This document shows positions 9,791 to 19,731 of a stretch of DNA of 64,000 nt, one piece after another. The notes under the pieces are model-generated. The model made no database searches. It was given only the letters and a program-made list of their open reading frames with translations, and was not told the DNA's origin. Position 1 is the first letter of the stretch. Every line of letters starts with the position of its first letter. The DNA lies in NCBI GenBank assembly GCA_048940445.1, contig JBHLON010000010.1:22102-86101 (forward strand), read 5' to 3'. The translations under genes and the position numbers were made by a program. The stretch is from Promethearchaeota archaeon. Lineage in GTDB: Archaea; Asgardarchaeota; Lokiarchaeia; Sigyniarchaeales; SOKP01.

Positions 9791-10423
9791 ATGAGATTCA
9801 AAAAGAGAAAGAAACTTAAAAATAGATTAAAGGAAGAAGAACCTCATTTTGAAATACAACCTTTAATCGAGCATAAAGATAAAGAAAAGCATCGTTTTGA
9901 GCCTCACTTTTCATTCAAAGTCTTATTAGTAGGGCATAATGATTCAGGAAAGATAAGTTATCTAGAAGACTTTGGAAATTCATGGTTTAAGGCTAATACA
10001 AAGTTATCAATTGGAATTAGTTTTGAAATAAAAGAGATCAAAATAGAAGACGTTAATATAAAGTTGCAAATCTGGGACTTAGCTATAGAAGAACGTTGGA
10101 GAGATTTAGTTCCACTTTACTGTAGAGGTGCATTGGGAGCTATTTTAATGTTTGAAATGTCAAAACCAGAAACATTGTATAAATTACCAAAGTGGATTCG
10201 GATCATAAAGGATAATACTGCAAATATTCCTTTGATCTTAATGGGGAATATTGATCTCCCAAATAACCTAAATCAAGTTTCTAAAGAGCAAGCTTTAGAT
10301 TTTGTTAGATCTGAACAATTAAATGGGTATTTCGAATGTAATGTTCTTACGGGCAAGAATTTAAATAATGCATTTGAAAGTTTAACGAGACTAATAATTA
10401 AAAATTATGAAAACAAGACATAA
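9791..10423 (+). CDS. Rab-like small GTPase with degenerate G-motifs
   Basis: FKVLLVGHNDSGK, IGISF, KLQIWDLA and YCRGALGAILMF; G3, G4 and G5 are altered. Confidence 0.85.
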   Translation: MRFKKRKKLKNRLKEEEPHFEIQPLIEHKDKEKHRFEPHFSFKVLLVGHNDSGKISYLEDFGNSWFKANTKLSIGISFEIKEIKIEDVNIKLQIWDLAIEERWRDLVPLYCRGALGAILMFEMSKPETLYKLPKWIRIIKDNTANIPLILMGNIDLPNNLNQVSKEQALDFVRSEQLNGYFECNVLTGKNLNNAFESLTRLIIKNYENKT

Positions 10424-10542
10424 ATTCTTCTAATTTTATAAAGGAGCCTAAAGTTGCATATTTCGATGACCCATTAAACTTTTTTAAATTTTAACAACTA
10501 TATTCAGAGTATAATAAAAATATTTTATTTTTACGCATATTT

Positions 10543-11739
10543 ATGTCAAAGCTTTTCGAACCTATGAAAATAGGTAAAATGGAGGTACGAAATCGATTTG
10601 TGCGATCTGCTACTAGTGAAAATATGGCGACCGAGACTGGCAAAATTACTGCTGATTTTATCAAAATGTATAAGACTCTTTCCAAAGGACAAATTGGTTT
10701 AATCATTTTAGGATACATGTATATTCATCCTTATGGAAGAGCTTTCAAGTATCAGACTGGTATTTATAGTGACAAACATATTTCTGGTATTAAAAAGGTG
10801 GTAGACGTTATACATAAAGAAAAAGGAAAGGTTGCTGTACAACTAGTGCATGCAGGACCCCAAACCTATCCGCAAATTATAAAAACAAAACCTTTTGGTC
10901 CCTCTAAAAAAATATTGAATCCGTTCACATTTGCTATGCCAAGAGAAATGAATGAAACCGAGATTCAGGACACTATTACCTTTTTTATTGATGCCGCAAA
11001 GAGAGCTGTAAGAGCTGGAGTAGATGCAATAGAAATTCACGCAGCACATGGTTACCTTATCAACCAATTCCTTTCTCCTTACTTCAATCATAGAAAAGAT
11101 GACTGGGGTGGCTCGGATGAAAATCGATTTCGATATCTTAAAGAAATATATATTCAAATTAAGGTGGCTATTCCAAATGAAATTCCTGTCTTTATAAAAT
11201 TGAATGCTCATGATCATACACCTAAAGAAGGAATAACTCCTCCTTTAGCAGCAAAATATGCAAGATGGTTAGTTAAGCTTGGAATTGATGCTATTGAAAT
11301 TAGTGGTGGAACTAATCATTATTCTCTTTTTGATGTAATCCGGGGAGATATCCCTTCAGATGAAATGGTTATGTGGATCCCCAAAAACGTTAGAGAATCA
11401 GCAAAAAAAGTATTTCAGGAAATGGAAGGTAAGTATACGTTGGAAGAAGGTTACAATTTAGAAGCCGCAAAAACTTTAAAGCCGGAAATGGGAAAAACGC
11501 CTTTAATATTAGTAGGAGGATTTAGATCTTTAACATTTATGGAAGAGGTTATAGAAAGAAATTATGCAGACTTCATTTCAATGTGCAGACCTTTCATTAG
11601 AGAACCTCATCTTATTAAACAAATTTATAAAGGTAGAAAGGATATGTCATCGTGTTCTTCATGTAATCGTTGTGTAGCTGCGTTACCCAATAATTTACCC
11701 GTTCACTGTTATGAAAAGAGTTTTCCGAAAATTATATAA
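10543..11739 (+). CDS. NADH:flavin oxidoreductase (Old Yellow Enzyme family) with C-terminal Cys cluster
   Basis: NRFVRSAT, HAAHGYLINQFLSP and CSSCNRC. Confidence 0.92.
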   Translation: MSKLFEPMKIGKMEVRNRFVRSATSENMATETGKITADFIKMYKTLSKGQIGLIILGYMYIHPYGRAFKYQTGIYSDKHISGIKKVVDVIHKEKGKVAVQLVHAGPQTYPQIIKTKPFGPSKKILNPFTFAMPREMNETEIQDTITFFIDAAKRAVRAGVDAIEIHAAHGYLINQFLSPYFNHRKDDWGGSDENRFRYLKEIYIQIKVAIPNEIPVFIKLNAHDHTPKEGITPPLAAKYARWLVKLGIDAIEISGGTNHYSLFDVIRGDIPSDEMVMWIPKNVRESAKKVFQEMEGKYTLEEGYNLEAAKTLKPEMGKTPLILVGGFRSLTFMEEVIERNYADFISMCRPFIREPHLIKQIYKGRKDMSSCSSCNRCVAALPNNLPVHCYEKSFPKII

Positions 11740-11778
11740 TCTTCACTTTAATTAAAATAAAACTATTAGAAGATTAAC

Positions 11779-11967
11779 TTATTTCAACTTATCATAACAA
11801 TTTTGACAAAAAAATATTCTTCGATTTTTTGAGGCGTTTTGAACCATAAATCCTGCTGTATTCTTGGACTCACAACCCCAACACATCTTATTAACAGCAG
11901 TATCAACAAAATAAGCATCTTTTTTGTTGAAAATATCATCTTTAATAATTTCTTGATAACTTTTCAT
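11779..11967 (-). CDS. Small Zn-finger protein
   Basis: CWGC...CQNC in 62 aa; ATG start. Confidence 0.6.
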   Translation of the reverse strand: MKSYQEIIKDDIFNKKDAYFVDTAVNKMCWGCESKNTAGFMVQNASKNRRIFFCQNCYDKLK

Positions 11968-12219
11968 TTTCTTTCTTTTGTGGATTATTATTCGAATATA
12001 TATTCGCTATAACAGATTGTTTAATTAATATTTTTGAACGTATTTAAGCATTATGTATACTTTTAAGAACAAAAGCAAGCTTAAAAGCAGATTTATTGTA
12101 ATCATTATGGGAATTAGATAAAATTAAACAGAATGAAGTCAATTATAAATCAGATCTTAAGAGGATCATCTGGTGTTTCGCACAGATAAATTGATTAATT
12201 ACAATTCGATTTTTCAGTT

Positions 12220-12732
12220 TTATTCTTCCCATAATTGAATCATAAGATTGAAGATAAATTTATTTTCATCCTTTTTTACAAACGTATGGTACCAATTAAG
12301 GTGTTCTTCATAACCTAATTCAAATCCATTTACTCCTTTTGTTTCACCAATATATTTATATTCACTTTCATTGACCCATTTCCATAAATTGCCCCAACAT
12401 TCTCCCAATTTTTCTATCCCTTCACATCTTAATAATGCATATAAGCCACCAGGTATGATTCTTATGAAAATATTCTTTTCAATTTTTGTTTCAGGAGTTA
12501 ATGCTATAAAGAAACCATACCCATGTGGTTCTGGGTTTTCAGTTGGGTAAGTATTTCTACCAAAAATCCGAATATTAGAGTTCTCCTTTAAGAAACCCTT
12601 GTTCTTTGCCCAAAGTTCTAACATTTTCCATGCATCTTCTTCAGGGGTATTTGAGAATGCATGGAAATATGCCGAACGAATGGCTCTCATATTGATAAGT
12701 TCAACATTCATAAATTCTATACCTTTTTTCAT
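12220..12732 (-). CDS. GyrI-like small-molecule-binding protein
   Basis: PEEDAW, IPGGLYA and WGNLWKWV. Confidence 0.8.
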   Translation of the reverse strand: MKKGIEFMNVELINMRAIRSAYFHAFSNTPEEDAWKMLELWAKNKGFLKENSNIRIFGRNTYPTENPEPHGYGFFIALTPETKIEKNIFIRIIPGGLYALLRCEGIEKLGECWGNLWKWVNESEYKYIGETKGVNGFELGYEEHLNWYHTFVKKDENKFIFNLMIQLWEE

Positions 12733-12838
12733 TAAATTCTCTCATGAAAAAAATCTAATTCCTTCTGATATAACAAAATTAGATATATATTTAATTTTTA
12801 GCTTAAGTAAGGATGTTTCTATAAATAAACTATATTGA

Positions 12839-14071
12839 CTATTTATGAATGAATGCTGGAATTAAGTGTAAACTATTCAAAAAACCTAGATGTTTCATAA
12901 GTTTCCATTTTCTAGACATCATAATCTTCCAGATTTGTTTCCTAGTTTGAGAACCAGAAAACATTGCAGTAAGTGATTCCATCATTTCACTATCTTTCTG
13001 AGCTATTTCATAGGCTGCATCAATTATATTTCCCAATAATCCACTATGAAATAGAAGGCGATGGATTTTATATGTATATTGCAATTCTTTTTCATAAAGA
13101 TGTTTTAATAATAGATTTTGATATTGAGCTAGATATGTTTCTCGAAAATCGCCATGTTCAAGAGCTTCACAAAAAACTGTTGCGGCTAATTTTCCTGATA
13201 GCCGTGCCTGATAAATACCTTCATATAAAATAGGATCTGCTGTACCGCATGCATCTCCAATTACCATTATCTGATCACAAAATGGTTTTGAAATCAGACA
13301 ATCAGGGATTGGTGCTGCCCATATTTTATGCCCTCCATGCTCTATCATTTTTCTATTTGATATTTTCTCTCTTATAAATGGGTTTTTGAGAAATATGTTC
13401 AAATCCGTTATTTTGGGATTTTTACCCAAAATTCCTATACTCACAGCTGCAAGCTTAGGAAATGCCCAAGCGAGGCCATGATCTAATTGGATAATGTCGA
13501 AAAACTCCCACACACAGTTGCCAAATTCTTCATCAATAATTGATTCTGGTACTGCAAATTCTGCTTGTATGGCATTTATCATGCTTGGAACTTCTATACC
13601 AATTTGGCGCTGGAGTTTTGCTCCTCCAAGTCCGGTGGCAATAATCACACATCTAGCTCGATATTCTTTAGGTCCTCTAAGAATTACTGTTTCATCTTTT
13701 TTTCTCTCAATTGATTTTACATAAAAGTTATAATTAATTTGAGAACCTGCATCACAAGCAAGATCGATAAGAAATTTGTCAAAATCAGTTCGAAACATGC
13801 AATAACCTTTATTCCTTTCTCCAGTAGCTTTAAATTCCATCATGCCATTTTTGGGAGTAACTAAGACTCCTCCCGTAATTTCTCGTTCACCAATGCCATG
13901 AGGAATTTCACTAAAAACCTCATTACTCACTGGGATACCTCCAGCACAACATTTGTATCGTCCTTCTTTAGCTGCTTCAAGTAATAACACATTAGCACCG
14001 AATTCTGCAGCTATTCTTGCAGCTGTAGCACCACCCGGACCAGCACCTATAACTATAAGATCATAGACCAA
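12839..14071 (-). CDS. Geranylgeranyl reductase-family flavoprotein
   Basis: GAGPGG, KCCAGG, RTDFDKFL, AWAFPK and GDACG...YEGI. Confidence 0.85.
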   Translation of the reverse strand: MVYDLIVIGAGPGGATAARIAAEFGANVLLLEAAKEGRYKCCAGGIPVSNEVFSEIPHGIGEREITGGVLVTPKNGMMEFKATGERNKGYCMFRTDFDKFLIDLACDAGSQINYNFYVKSIERKKDETVILRGPKEYRARCVIIATGLGGAKLQRQIGIEVPSMINAIQAEFAVPESIIDEEFGNCVWEFFDIIQLDHGLAWAFPKLAAVSIGILGKNPKITDLNIFLKNPFIREKISNRKMIEHGGHKIWAAPIPDCLISKPFCDQIMVIGDACGTADPILYEGIYQARLSGKLAATVFCEALEHGDFRETYLAQYQNLLLKHLYEKELQYTYKIHRLLFHSGLLGNIIDAAYEIAQKDSEMMESLTAMFSGSQTRKQIWKIMMSRKWKLMKHLGFLNSLHLIPAFIHK

Positions 14072-14321
14072 GTATAAAGCCTCATGTTAAAAATTTTTTT
14101 GAATATGTATTATATCAATCCAAATACATAAATAGTTTAATAAGAGAAAGATTCCATCTCTAATTATTTATTAAAGAATGGCTTTAATTTGCAAATAGCT
14201 TGCTGATATTACTTATAGGCTATAAAATACGTTATTAAGGGATTAAATTAGTTAACGATGCAATTAAAAACTACCGCTCATACCTAAACATAACATTTTA
14301 CGCAAAATTAGGTTTAAAATT

Positions 14322-15242
14322 ATGTTAGAGACGGCAGGAATCAAGATAAAGAAGATAACATGCCCAATGTGCGGAAAAAAATATGTTCCTAAATTTTTTC
14401 ATCGTGAAAAAATGAATTATGAACTTGAAGCTCCGATTTATAGATTTAAAATCCCTAAATTTAAAAAATCAAACAATCATGCTCGCCCGAATAGTATTAT
14501 TCGGCGTTCTTGGGTAACTTATTGCCCTAAATGTAAATATATTATCAAGTTTGCGGCAGAAGTAGGAAAAAAAGAATTATTAGCAGATTTCAGCTCACTT
14601 TTCCATCTTAAGGAATTTAAAGAGAATGGGAATATTTATGAGTATAGCTTTTACAATTATGAACAACCTTATACTGATGCTTTATTTTATAATAAAAAAC
14701 TCCTTAAATTTCTGGAAAATAGTATTTATAATGCTCTTGAAGATTTAAAGTTGGCACATTGGGGAAAATTGTACAAGATGTGGAAGAAGGAACAAACTAT
14801 TGATTCATTTAAATTTCTAATTAGGTTCTATTCATATCTATTGAACAAAAATCATGTTCATGATGCTAAAATAAGTAATGAAAAATTTTTAGACACAATT
14901 CAAGGATTAGAGATTTCAGATGATTTAAAGAAAGACTTGTTAGAAATTAAAACAATAAGAAACAAGATAATTTATGAATATTATGAGTTGAATAAAGATG
15001 ATGAAAAATTCATCCATAACACTTTCACTAATTTAGTGTTTGAATTAGCTTTCAATAAATTGAAACTTTTAGGTTTAGACGGGATCTATAATAAAAAAGA
15101 CGCAGATACAATAGATAGACAATTCCTTTACTCTGAATTAAAAAATGTGTTTTCCCATTATTTTGAAGATCAGATTGGACTTTCAGAGTTTCTTAATGAA
15201 TTTGTGATTTCTTTACTTAATAAGTTAGAAATAACTCTATAA
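14322..15242 (+). CDS. Hypothetical protein: N-terminal Zn ribbon plus helical (degenerate HEPN-like) domain
   Basis: CPMC...CPKC; IRNKIIYE resembles the RxxxxH motif with H replaced by Y. Confidence 0.55.
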   Translation: MLETAGIKIKKITCPMCGKKYVPKFFHREKMNYELEAPIYRFKIPKFKKSNNHARPNSIIRRSWVTYCPKCKYIIKFAAEVGKKELLADFSSLFHLKEFKENGNIYEYSFYNYEQPYTDALFYNKKLLKFLENSIYNALEDLKLAHWGKLYKMWKKEQTIDSFKFLIRFYSYLLNKNHVHDAKISNEKFLDTIQGLEISDDLKKDLLEIKTIRNKIIYEYYELNKDDEKFIHNTFTNLVFELAFNKLKLLGLDGIYNKKDADTIDRQFLYSELKNVFSHYFEDQIGLSEFLNEFVISLLNKLEITL

Positions 15243-15256
15243 AGAGATATCTTGCA

Positions 15257-16507
15257 TTATTCAGATAAAATCTGATTAATGTCAAAATCTTCCTTTAATA
15301 TTTCAGTCTTGTATTTACTTATATTTGATTTATTAAAAATTGCTTTCTTAATTAGTGGTTTTAATTCTTTCTTATTAATATTTTTTCCCAGAATTAATGC
15401 CCCAACTAAGCTATCATCATCAAGTACAAACTTCCTGCAAAAATTATTTTGAAATGAAACCCATGAAATTTCATCAAAACTCTTTTTAGAATGAGTAATA
15501 CCTGCCGCAATTGCTTGAAAATCAAAACCTTTAATTGTTTGGATGGGTATAGTTCCTTTATATTCATTAAGATTGCCAGTCATATTTTCTGCAGCAATTT
15601 TACCTTGTTTTTTAGCATTTCCCCATGTAGGGTGAAGGATAGGCTTTTGATAAAGAGGGTCTCTAATTTGGGCTACATCCCCTGCAGCAAATATATTAGG
15701 AATATTAGTTCTTAAATGCTTATCAACAATGATCCCTTTATCTACTTTAATATTTGTATCTTTTATAAATTCAATATTAGGACGTATTCCTATCGTTACT
15801 ACAACTAGATCGCAAGGAATCTCCCGAGAGCTCTTTAAAGTAACTGATTCGACATTCCCATTCTTGCCATTAAATTTTACAACTTCGTCATTAAAGTAAA
15901 GATCAACTCCCCGATCAATGAATTCCCTCTCAAAAATTCTTGAAATTTTTCGATCAAAACCAATAGGCCACAAATGTGAGCTTTTTTCAACAATTGACAC
16001 TTTCAAACCTACTTTTATAAAATTCTTTACCAATTTTATTGCTATAGAACCTCCCCCTATGATTACCACATTTTTGGCATCACAGGCGCTTTTCGCGACT
16101 TCTTTTGCATCCTTTAGCGTATATAGAGTTGATATTCCTTTAAGATTAACTCCGTTCCATGGTAAAAGTAAAGGACTTCCACCAGAGGCTATTAAAAGGA
16201 AATCGTAATTTAATATTGAATTATCATCTAATGATAGTTGATTCTTGTCTGGAATAACTTTGGTAACATGTCCATGGTAAAAATCAATCTTTAATTTTTC
16301 ATACAAATCTTTACCCTTTAGAAAAAGTTCTTCTTCTGTGCAACTTTCTGATATTAAATTAATTATTTTGCTACGCTTGTAGTATGCATAATTTTCATCA
16401 GATATAAGAGTTATTTTAGCCAAAGGTTCAAGCTTTCTTAACTTTTCAGCAGCGTTTGCACCTGCTGGTCCACCACCTATAATTACATATTTTTTTGGAA
16501 TAGAAAT
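15257..16507 (-). CDS. FAD-dependent pyridine nucleotide oxidoreductase (NADH oxidase/rubredoxin reductase-like), probable ATT start
   Basis: The first Rossmann motif YVIIGGGPAG lies in frame upstream of the listed TTG 16423; no ATG/GTG/TTG before the stop at 16529-16531; GGAGTGG SD; TNIPNIFAAGD. Confidence 0.88.
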   Translation of the reverse strand: MSIPKKYVIIGGGPAGANAAEKLRKLEPLAKITLISDENYAYYKRSKIINLISESCTEEELFLKGKDLYEKLKIDFYHGHVTKVIPDKNQLSLDDNSILNYDFLLIASGGSPLLLPWNGVNLKGISTLYTLKDAKEVAKSACDAKNVVIIGGGSIAIKLVKNFIKVGLKVSIVEKSSHLWPIGFDRKISRIFEREFIDRGVDLYFNDEVVKFNGKNGNVESVTLKSSREIPCDLVVVTIGIRPNIEFIKDTNIKVDKGIIVDKHLRTNIPNIFAAGDVAQIRDPLYQKPILHPTWGNAKKQGKIAAENMTGNLNEYKGTIPIQTIKGFDFQAIAAGITHSKKSFDEISWVSFQNNFCRKFVLDDDSLVGALILGKNINKKELKPLIKKAIFNKSNISKYKTEILKEDFDINQILSE

Positions 16508-16741
16508 ACCACTCCAGTTAATTATAAATTATTTTTTTCGGAATTTTTAATTTAAGATCTAATCTTATTAATAGACCAGAATAAATAGGAAATTTAATTC
16601 TAAGGCTTAAGGATTATAAATATTGTGTGAACACTATATTTTGAAGTAAATCCAAAAGGTATAAAGAGATAATAAAATATAAATTGAAAAAAACTAAAAT
16701 TCAAAAAAGCTACTAAATTTTAAATTTTTATTTTTAAGTAA

Positions 16742-17482
16742 TTAGATTTCTCCATTTAGAAATTTCCTTACAAATTGTAGCACAAATTTTGTTATCATTT
16801 CAGTAGTTATATCGACTCGTGATATTAGTGACCGCCTTAATTCAATTTGATCCAGTAACCCAAATAAAGTCATTATAATTATAAAATTGAGGTGATGAAT
16901 ATTTTTTGGAGATTTAATAGATCCATCTTTCTTTCCTAGTTCAATGGCATCGAGCCATATTTGTCTGTATTTAATATATTGCTTTAACAGATCATAATAT
17001 ATTTTATATTGTGTTCCAGATACAGATTTAAATTGAAAATTCTTTTTTTCAATTAGATTAGTATAAAAAATATTTTCAATTGGTATGTTTAATTCTTTAC
17101 TTCTATCAAAAAATCTCCTTAGCAAATTAATATAAATTGGGAATTCTAAAAGATCCTTAACTAGATTTTCAGTTAAGAATAATATTTTATGTTCACCAGA
17201 AAATTTAGCAGAATCTACATGCTTAAACCGTTTAATCCATTCCTTAATTTTTAATAATCCGATATTTAAATAAATTTCTTCCTTAGTATCGAAATAATTG
17301 TATAAAGTAGCTCTACTAAGCGCTGCTGAATCAGCGATATCATCCATTGTATTCATATCAAAACTTTTTTTTGAAAATAATTCTTTTGCGGCATCCAGAA
17401 TGATATTTTTAGTTCTTAAAATTTTTCGTTCTTTTTTAGATAAATCTTCTTTATTTTTTTCTCTTATCTTATAATTTTTCAT
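16742..17482 (-). CDS. TetR/AcrR-family transcriptional regulator
   Basis: HTH MDDIADSAALSRATLYNYFDTKEE. Confidence 0.9.
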   Translation of the reverse strand: MKNYKIREKNKEDLSKKERKILRTKNIILDAAKELFSKKSFDMNTMDDIADSAALSRATLYNYFDTKEEIYLNIGLLKIKEWIKRFKHVDSAKFSGEHKILFLTENLVKDLLEFPIYINLLRRFFDRSKELNIPIENIFYTNLIEKKNFQFKSVSGTQYKIYYDLLKQYIKYRQIWLDAIELGKKDGSIKSPKNIHHLNFIIIMTLFGLLDQIELRRSLISRVDITTEMITKFVLQFVRKFLNGEI

Positions 17483-17692
17483 TATTAGAAAGATATACTT
17501 GACGTCTAATAAATATATTGTGAATCTAAAAATTTAATAAGAACCAAAAATTTTTAAAATTAGACTTAGGATTTAAAAAAAAGACTTCCAATCTATTTTT
17601 TATCTTAATGTAAATTAACTAAAAATTGCAACTAATTGAGTAATTTCACGATTTTGAACAATATTCAATATAATATCATCGAAAAATTAACC

Positions 17693-18076
17693 ATGGAAAA
17701 AAAGAAAATTAAGATCTTCATAATTGAAGATGAACAGACAATTTTAGATTTGTATTCAAAATTTTTTTCTCTTAAAGGATTTGATGTAGTGGGTACTGCA
17801 AAAAATGGAATAGAAGCTTTAAAACAGCTAAAAAATTCGACTCTCAGACCAGATATTTTCCTGATAGATTATCATATGCCATATCTAAATGGAATTGAGA
17901 TTTCAAAACTCATTTTAAATATCGATAGCTCTTTTAAAATTATAATGATGAGTGGAAATACTTCCATTAAGAAAAAAGCACTCTCAATTGGTATTTTAGA
18001 TTTTTTTGATAAGTCTCTTGATCTTACTAAATTATATATCAAAGTTAAAGAAATCTTTGACTTAAGTAAGAACTAA
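17693..18076 (+). CDS. Stand-alone response regulator receiver (CheY-like)
   Basis: IIEDE, DYHMPYLNG and MMSG; ATG at 17693. Confidence 0.9.
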   Translation: MEKKKIKIFIIEDEQTILDLYSKFFSLKGFDVVGTAKNGIEALKQLKNSTLRPDIFLIDYHMPYLNGIEISKLILNIDSSFKIIMMSGNTSIKKKALSIGILDFFDKSLDLTKLYIKVKEIFDLSKN

Positions 18077-18193
18077 ATACTTATTGATCTAATTCCAAAA
18101 TCATAAATACATTATAATCTACTTTAATAGGATCATTTATTTCTATAATGACTAAACTTTTTAATCATACAAAAAGATTATACTAAATTAACA

Positions 18194-19045
18194 ATGGTGA
18201 ATCACGTTAATAATATGAAAGGAAAAGTTTGTATAATTACTGGGGCAAATTCTGGAATAGGGAAAGCCACTGCTATTGGGTTAGCAAAAATGGGGGCTAC
18301 CATAGTAATGGTTTGTCGTAATAAAGAACGTGGAGAACGAGCTCAAAAGGAGATTATTCAATCCATAGGGAATAGGAATGTAGATCTGTTATTATGCGAC
18401 TTATCGTCTCAAGATCAAATTCGCAATCTTGTTAATGATTTTAAGCAAAATTATCAAAAATTGCATGTGTTAATCAATAATGCCGGATTAATGTTGTCCA
18501 AACGCCAATTATCCGTTGATGGGATAGAAATGAATTTTGCAGTTAATTATCTCGCTCCTTTTTTACTAACAAATTTACTGCTTGATATGCTAAAAATGAG
18601 CGCTCCAAGTAGAATAATTAATATGAGTTCAGGTTATCATAAAAGAGCAGCTCTAGATTTTAATGATCTTCAAGGTGAAAATAAAAAATATGGTCTCGTT
18701 AAAGCATATGGTATCTCAAAATTAGCCTTAACGATGTTTACTTATGAACTTAGCAGAAGATTAGAAGGAACAGGAGTAACCGTGAATGCAGTTCATCCTG
18801 GTGTAGTAAATACAAATCTGGGGCGCGATCAATCAAAATTTTCTCAAGCCATTGCCACAGTTTTTTTTAAAAAGCCAAGTAAGGGCGCAGAAACCTCAAT
18901 ATATCTTGCTTCCTCACGTGAGGTTGAAGGTGTAACTGGAAAATATTTTGTGAATAAACAGCCTAAAGAATCTTCGGAAGCGTCCTACAACAAGGATTAT
19001 GCTAAAAAGTTATGGGAAATGAGTGTTAAAATGACAAATTTATGA
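18194..19045 (+). CDS. Short-chain dehydrogenase/reductase (retinol-DH-like)
   Basis: TGANSGIG, NNAG, YGISK and HPGVVNT. Confidence 0.92.
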   Translation: MVNHVNNMKGKVCIITGANSGIGKATAIGLAKMGATIVMVCRNKERGERAQKEIIQSIGNRNVDLLLCDLSSQDQIRNLVNDFKQNYQKLHVLINNAGLMLSKRQLSVDGIEMNFAVNYLAPFLLTNLLLDMLKMSAPSRIINMSSGYHKRAALDFNDLQGENKKYGLVKAYGISKLALTMFTYELSRRLEGTGVTVNAVHPGVVNTNLGRDQSKFSQAIATVFFKKPSKGAETSIYLASSREVEGVTGKYFVNKQPKESSEASYNKDYAKKLWEMSVKMTNL

Positions 19046-19228
19046 ACCTGGGGTTTTTATTTAATTATAATTATAATTTGGATCTTCTTTCCAAAAGAAA
19101 ATTATAAACAACATTTCAGAGAATTAAGTAAAGAAATAAAGAATATTGGAAAAAAAAAGCAATTATTTTTATTTCTAATAAGATAAGACATCATATTGTA
19201 ATGATTTTGAAAAATAGGATTAAATATT

Positions 19229-19705
19229 ATGCCTTATACTGAAATCCCTTACAATAAAAAAATGGATAATCCGATTCAACAATATACCAGAGTAGGATCG
19301 AGCACTATTCATGGCTTAGGATTATTTGCCAAGAAATTAATACCAAAAGGAACAATTTGGTGGCATGCACGCCCTCAGGACGTCTTTATTATTTCCAAAA
19401 AGCAGTTTTTAACACTAGATACATCTCAAAAGTCATTGAAAATGGATGACTATATAAAAACATTGCTTACCTACTCTTATTATGAAAGAGAACTTGATGC
19501 TTTAATTTTTTGTTTGGATAATTCTCGTTATGTTAATCATTCCTTTAATGCGAACTCTGGTGCTTCTGAAGACGAAAATGGATTCTGTTCCGTTTCTCTA
19601 AAAGATATTCAAGAAGGAGAAGAAATCACTGAAGATTATACAAAATATACGATTTGTCCTTGGATACAAAAATATAAAAAGTATTTTGATCCTTGTTGTT
19701 GGTAA
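19229..19705 (+). CDS. SET-domain protein-lysine methyltransferase
   Basis: IHGLGLFA, RYVNHS and GEEITEDY. Confidence 0.9.
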   Translation: MPYTEIPYNKKMDNPIQQYTRVGSSTIHGLGLFAKKLIPKGTIWWHARPQDVFIISKKQFLTLDTSQKSLKMDDYIKTLLTYSYYERELDALIFCLDNSRYVNHSFNANSGASEDENGFCSVSLKDIQEGEEITEDYTKYTICPWIQKYKKYFDPCCW

Positions 19706-19731
19706 GAAAGCTCGAAATAAAAAATTCAAAT

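Noticed and set aside
11993-12006. Perfect palindrome CGAATATATATTCG upstream of the small Zn-finger gene
   Set aside because: Mostly an AT dinucleotide run, expected by chance at this composition; no second copy seen
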